Origin: Camelus ferus
Taxonomy: Eukaryota
Length of the DNA: 64,000 nt
Direction of reading: 5' to 3'
Assembly (NCBI RefSeq): GCF_009834535.1
Contig: NC_045696.1
Coordinates: 83,950,001-84,014,000 of the forward strand
Positions within the stretch are counted from its first letter, which is position 1. Every line of letters starts with the position of its first letter. Below, piece after piece: positions 62,981 to 64,000 of the stretch. The notes below the pieces were generated by a model. It had not been told where the DNA came from and did not search any database. It saw only the letters and a list, made by a program, of their open reading frames with translations. The position numbers and the translations under genes are program-made.

Positions 62981-64000
62981 AGTTTACTAAAGATGAAGCA
63001 AGTAGGAGGCATCTTTTGAAAAACCTGTCCCTGTTATCCTGCTACCCTGGTAGCATTGGAGGCGCTCTTTTAGGGGTAGTTGTACCATCTCTGGCAGCTA
63101 CAGCCAACATGTCAGTAATTAATTTTACCATTTTTGTTCTAATACTTTACCCAGTCATTGTAAGACTAGTACAGTTTCTATTGGAAGCAAGTGCTTCATT
63201 GCTGATTAGTAAATATTTACTAAATGCCAACTATTTATTTGTTGAGTAGTCTGCTAGCGTCTAGAGATATGGAGGAAAAAAGGCAATATACTTCCTCTCA
63301 TGAGTTATAGGGAACATAGATGTTTAAGCAAATAAATTATTAACTAATTATCCTTGTACCAGGTATGAGGTAAGGAGACAGTCACTGAAGGATAGGTGAG
63401 TGACCTATCTTAACATTTAGTGTTTGAACTTCTCAGGTTCTTCAAGAACCATTATGCCATTTCCACCCACAGGTGCTCCCTCTTTTCATGTCTGTGTAGC
63501 TAACTAACTCTGTAGGCTATTGGACCAAGTTGTTTGGGGGCATTTTCCATATTTATCTAGTATTTTAAGTCTTTACTTGAAGGGAGGGCAGTTTACATTA
63601 CAGAACTTCAGTTTGATCATTTAGTTAATAAAGGAGGAATATTAGAGAAGCTTTTTTCCTAACAATTTGGGTGACCTTTTCCTACATATGATAAAATGAT
63701 CTTATTTGAGTCTTGACTTTAGGAAACAGTTATATAGGATGTGGGGTTCTGGTAAAATGAACTGTTGGAATTAATAGTGATATACCTTTTCTAATTTTGT
63801 AATGTGTAAGAAAAATTAACTGGAAGAAAAAGAAATGGCTATGAATGGACTACTAAATCTCTTCCAGAAACTGAGCTCTAAAAACATATGTGAGTTAATG
63901 GGCCCAGAATTAGAACATATTGCCAAATGATTCATAGTTGTTTCAAGAACTAATTGTTAGATGTGAAATTTGAAAATGAAATGGCCTGATATGGCAGACT

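Overview
Mammalian genomic DNA, AT-rich and repeat-rich. It is probably camelid or another cetartiodactyl, judging by the young L1 3' ends and the absence of recognisable Alu, BovB/Bov-A, PRE1 or CanSINE copies. The window holds the known head-to-head pair SERPINI1 (neuroserpin) and PDCD10 (CCM3). SERPINI1 is on the minus strand: non-coding exon 1 ends at 43950, intron 1 is about 40.8 kb, and coding exons lie at 2929-3178, 1673-1903 and 1-85. PDCD10 is on the plus strand: non-coding exon 1 ends at 44964, intron 1 is about 16.3 kb, and the first coding exon is 61263-61473. The two genes share a CpG-island bidirectional promoter at about 43.9-45.3 kb. The rest is intron carrying L1, L2, MIR, MaLR LTR and DNA-transposon relics plus microsatellites. 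I found no new multi-gene system. Three things stand out: (1) a chained uORF1 -(ATGA)- uORF2 -(TGA.ATG)- CDS architecture in the PDCD10 5'UTR; (2) an AG|GTCAGT acceptor that regenerates a donor and could skip the PDCD10 start exon; (3) AT->GC-looking substitutions and CpG patches across SERPINI1 exons 3-4 and the nearby intron, suggestive of GC-biased gene conversion. Repeat family names and human comparisons are from memory, not from database searches.
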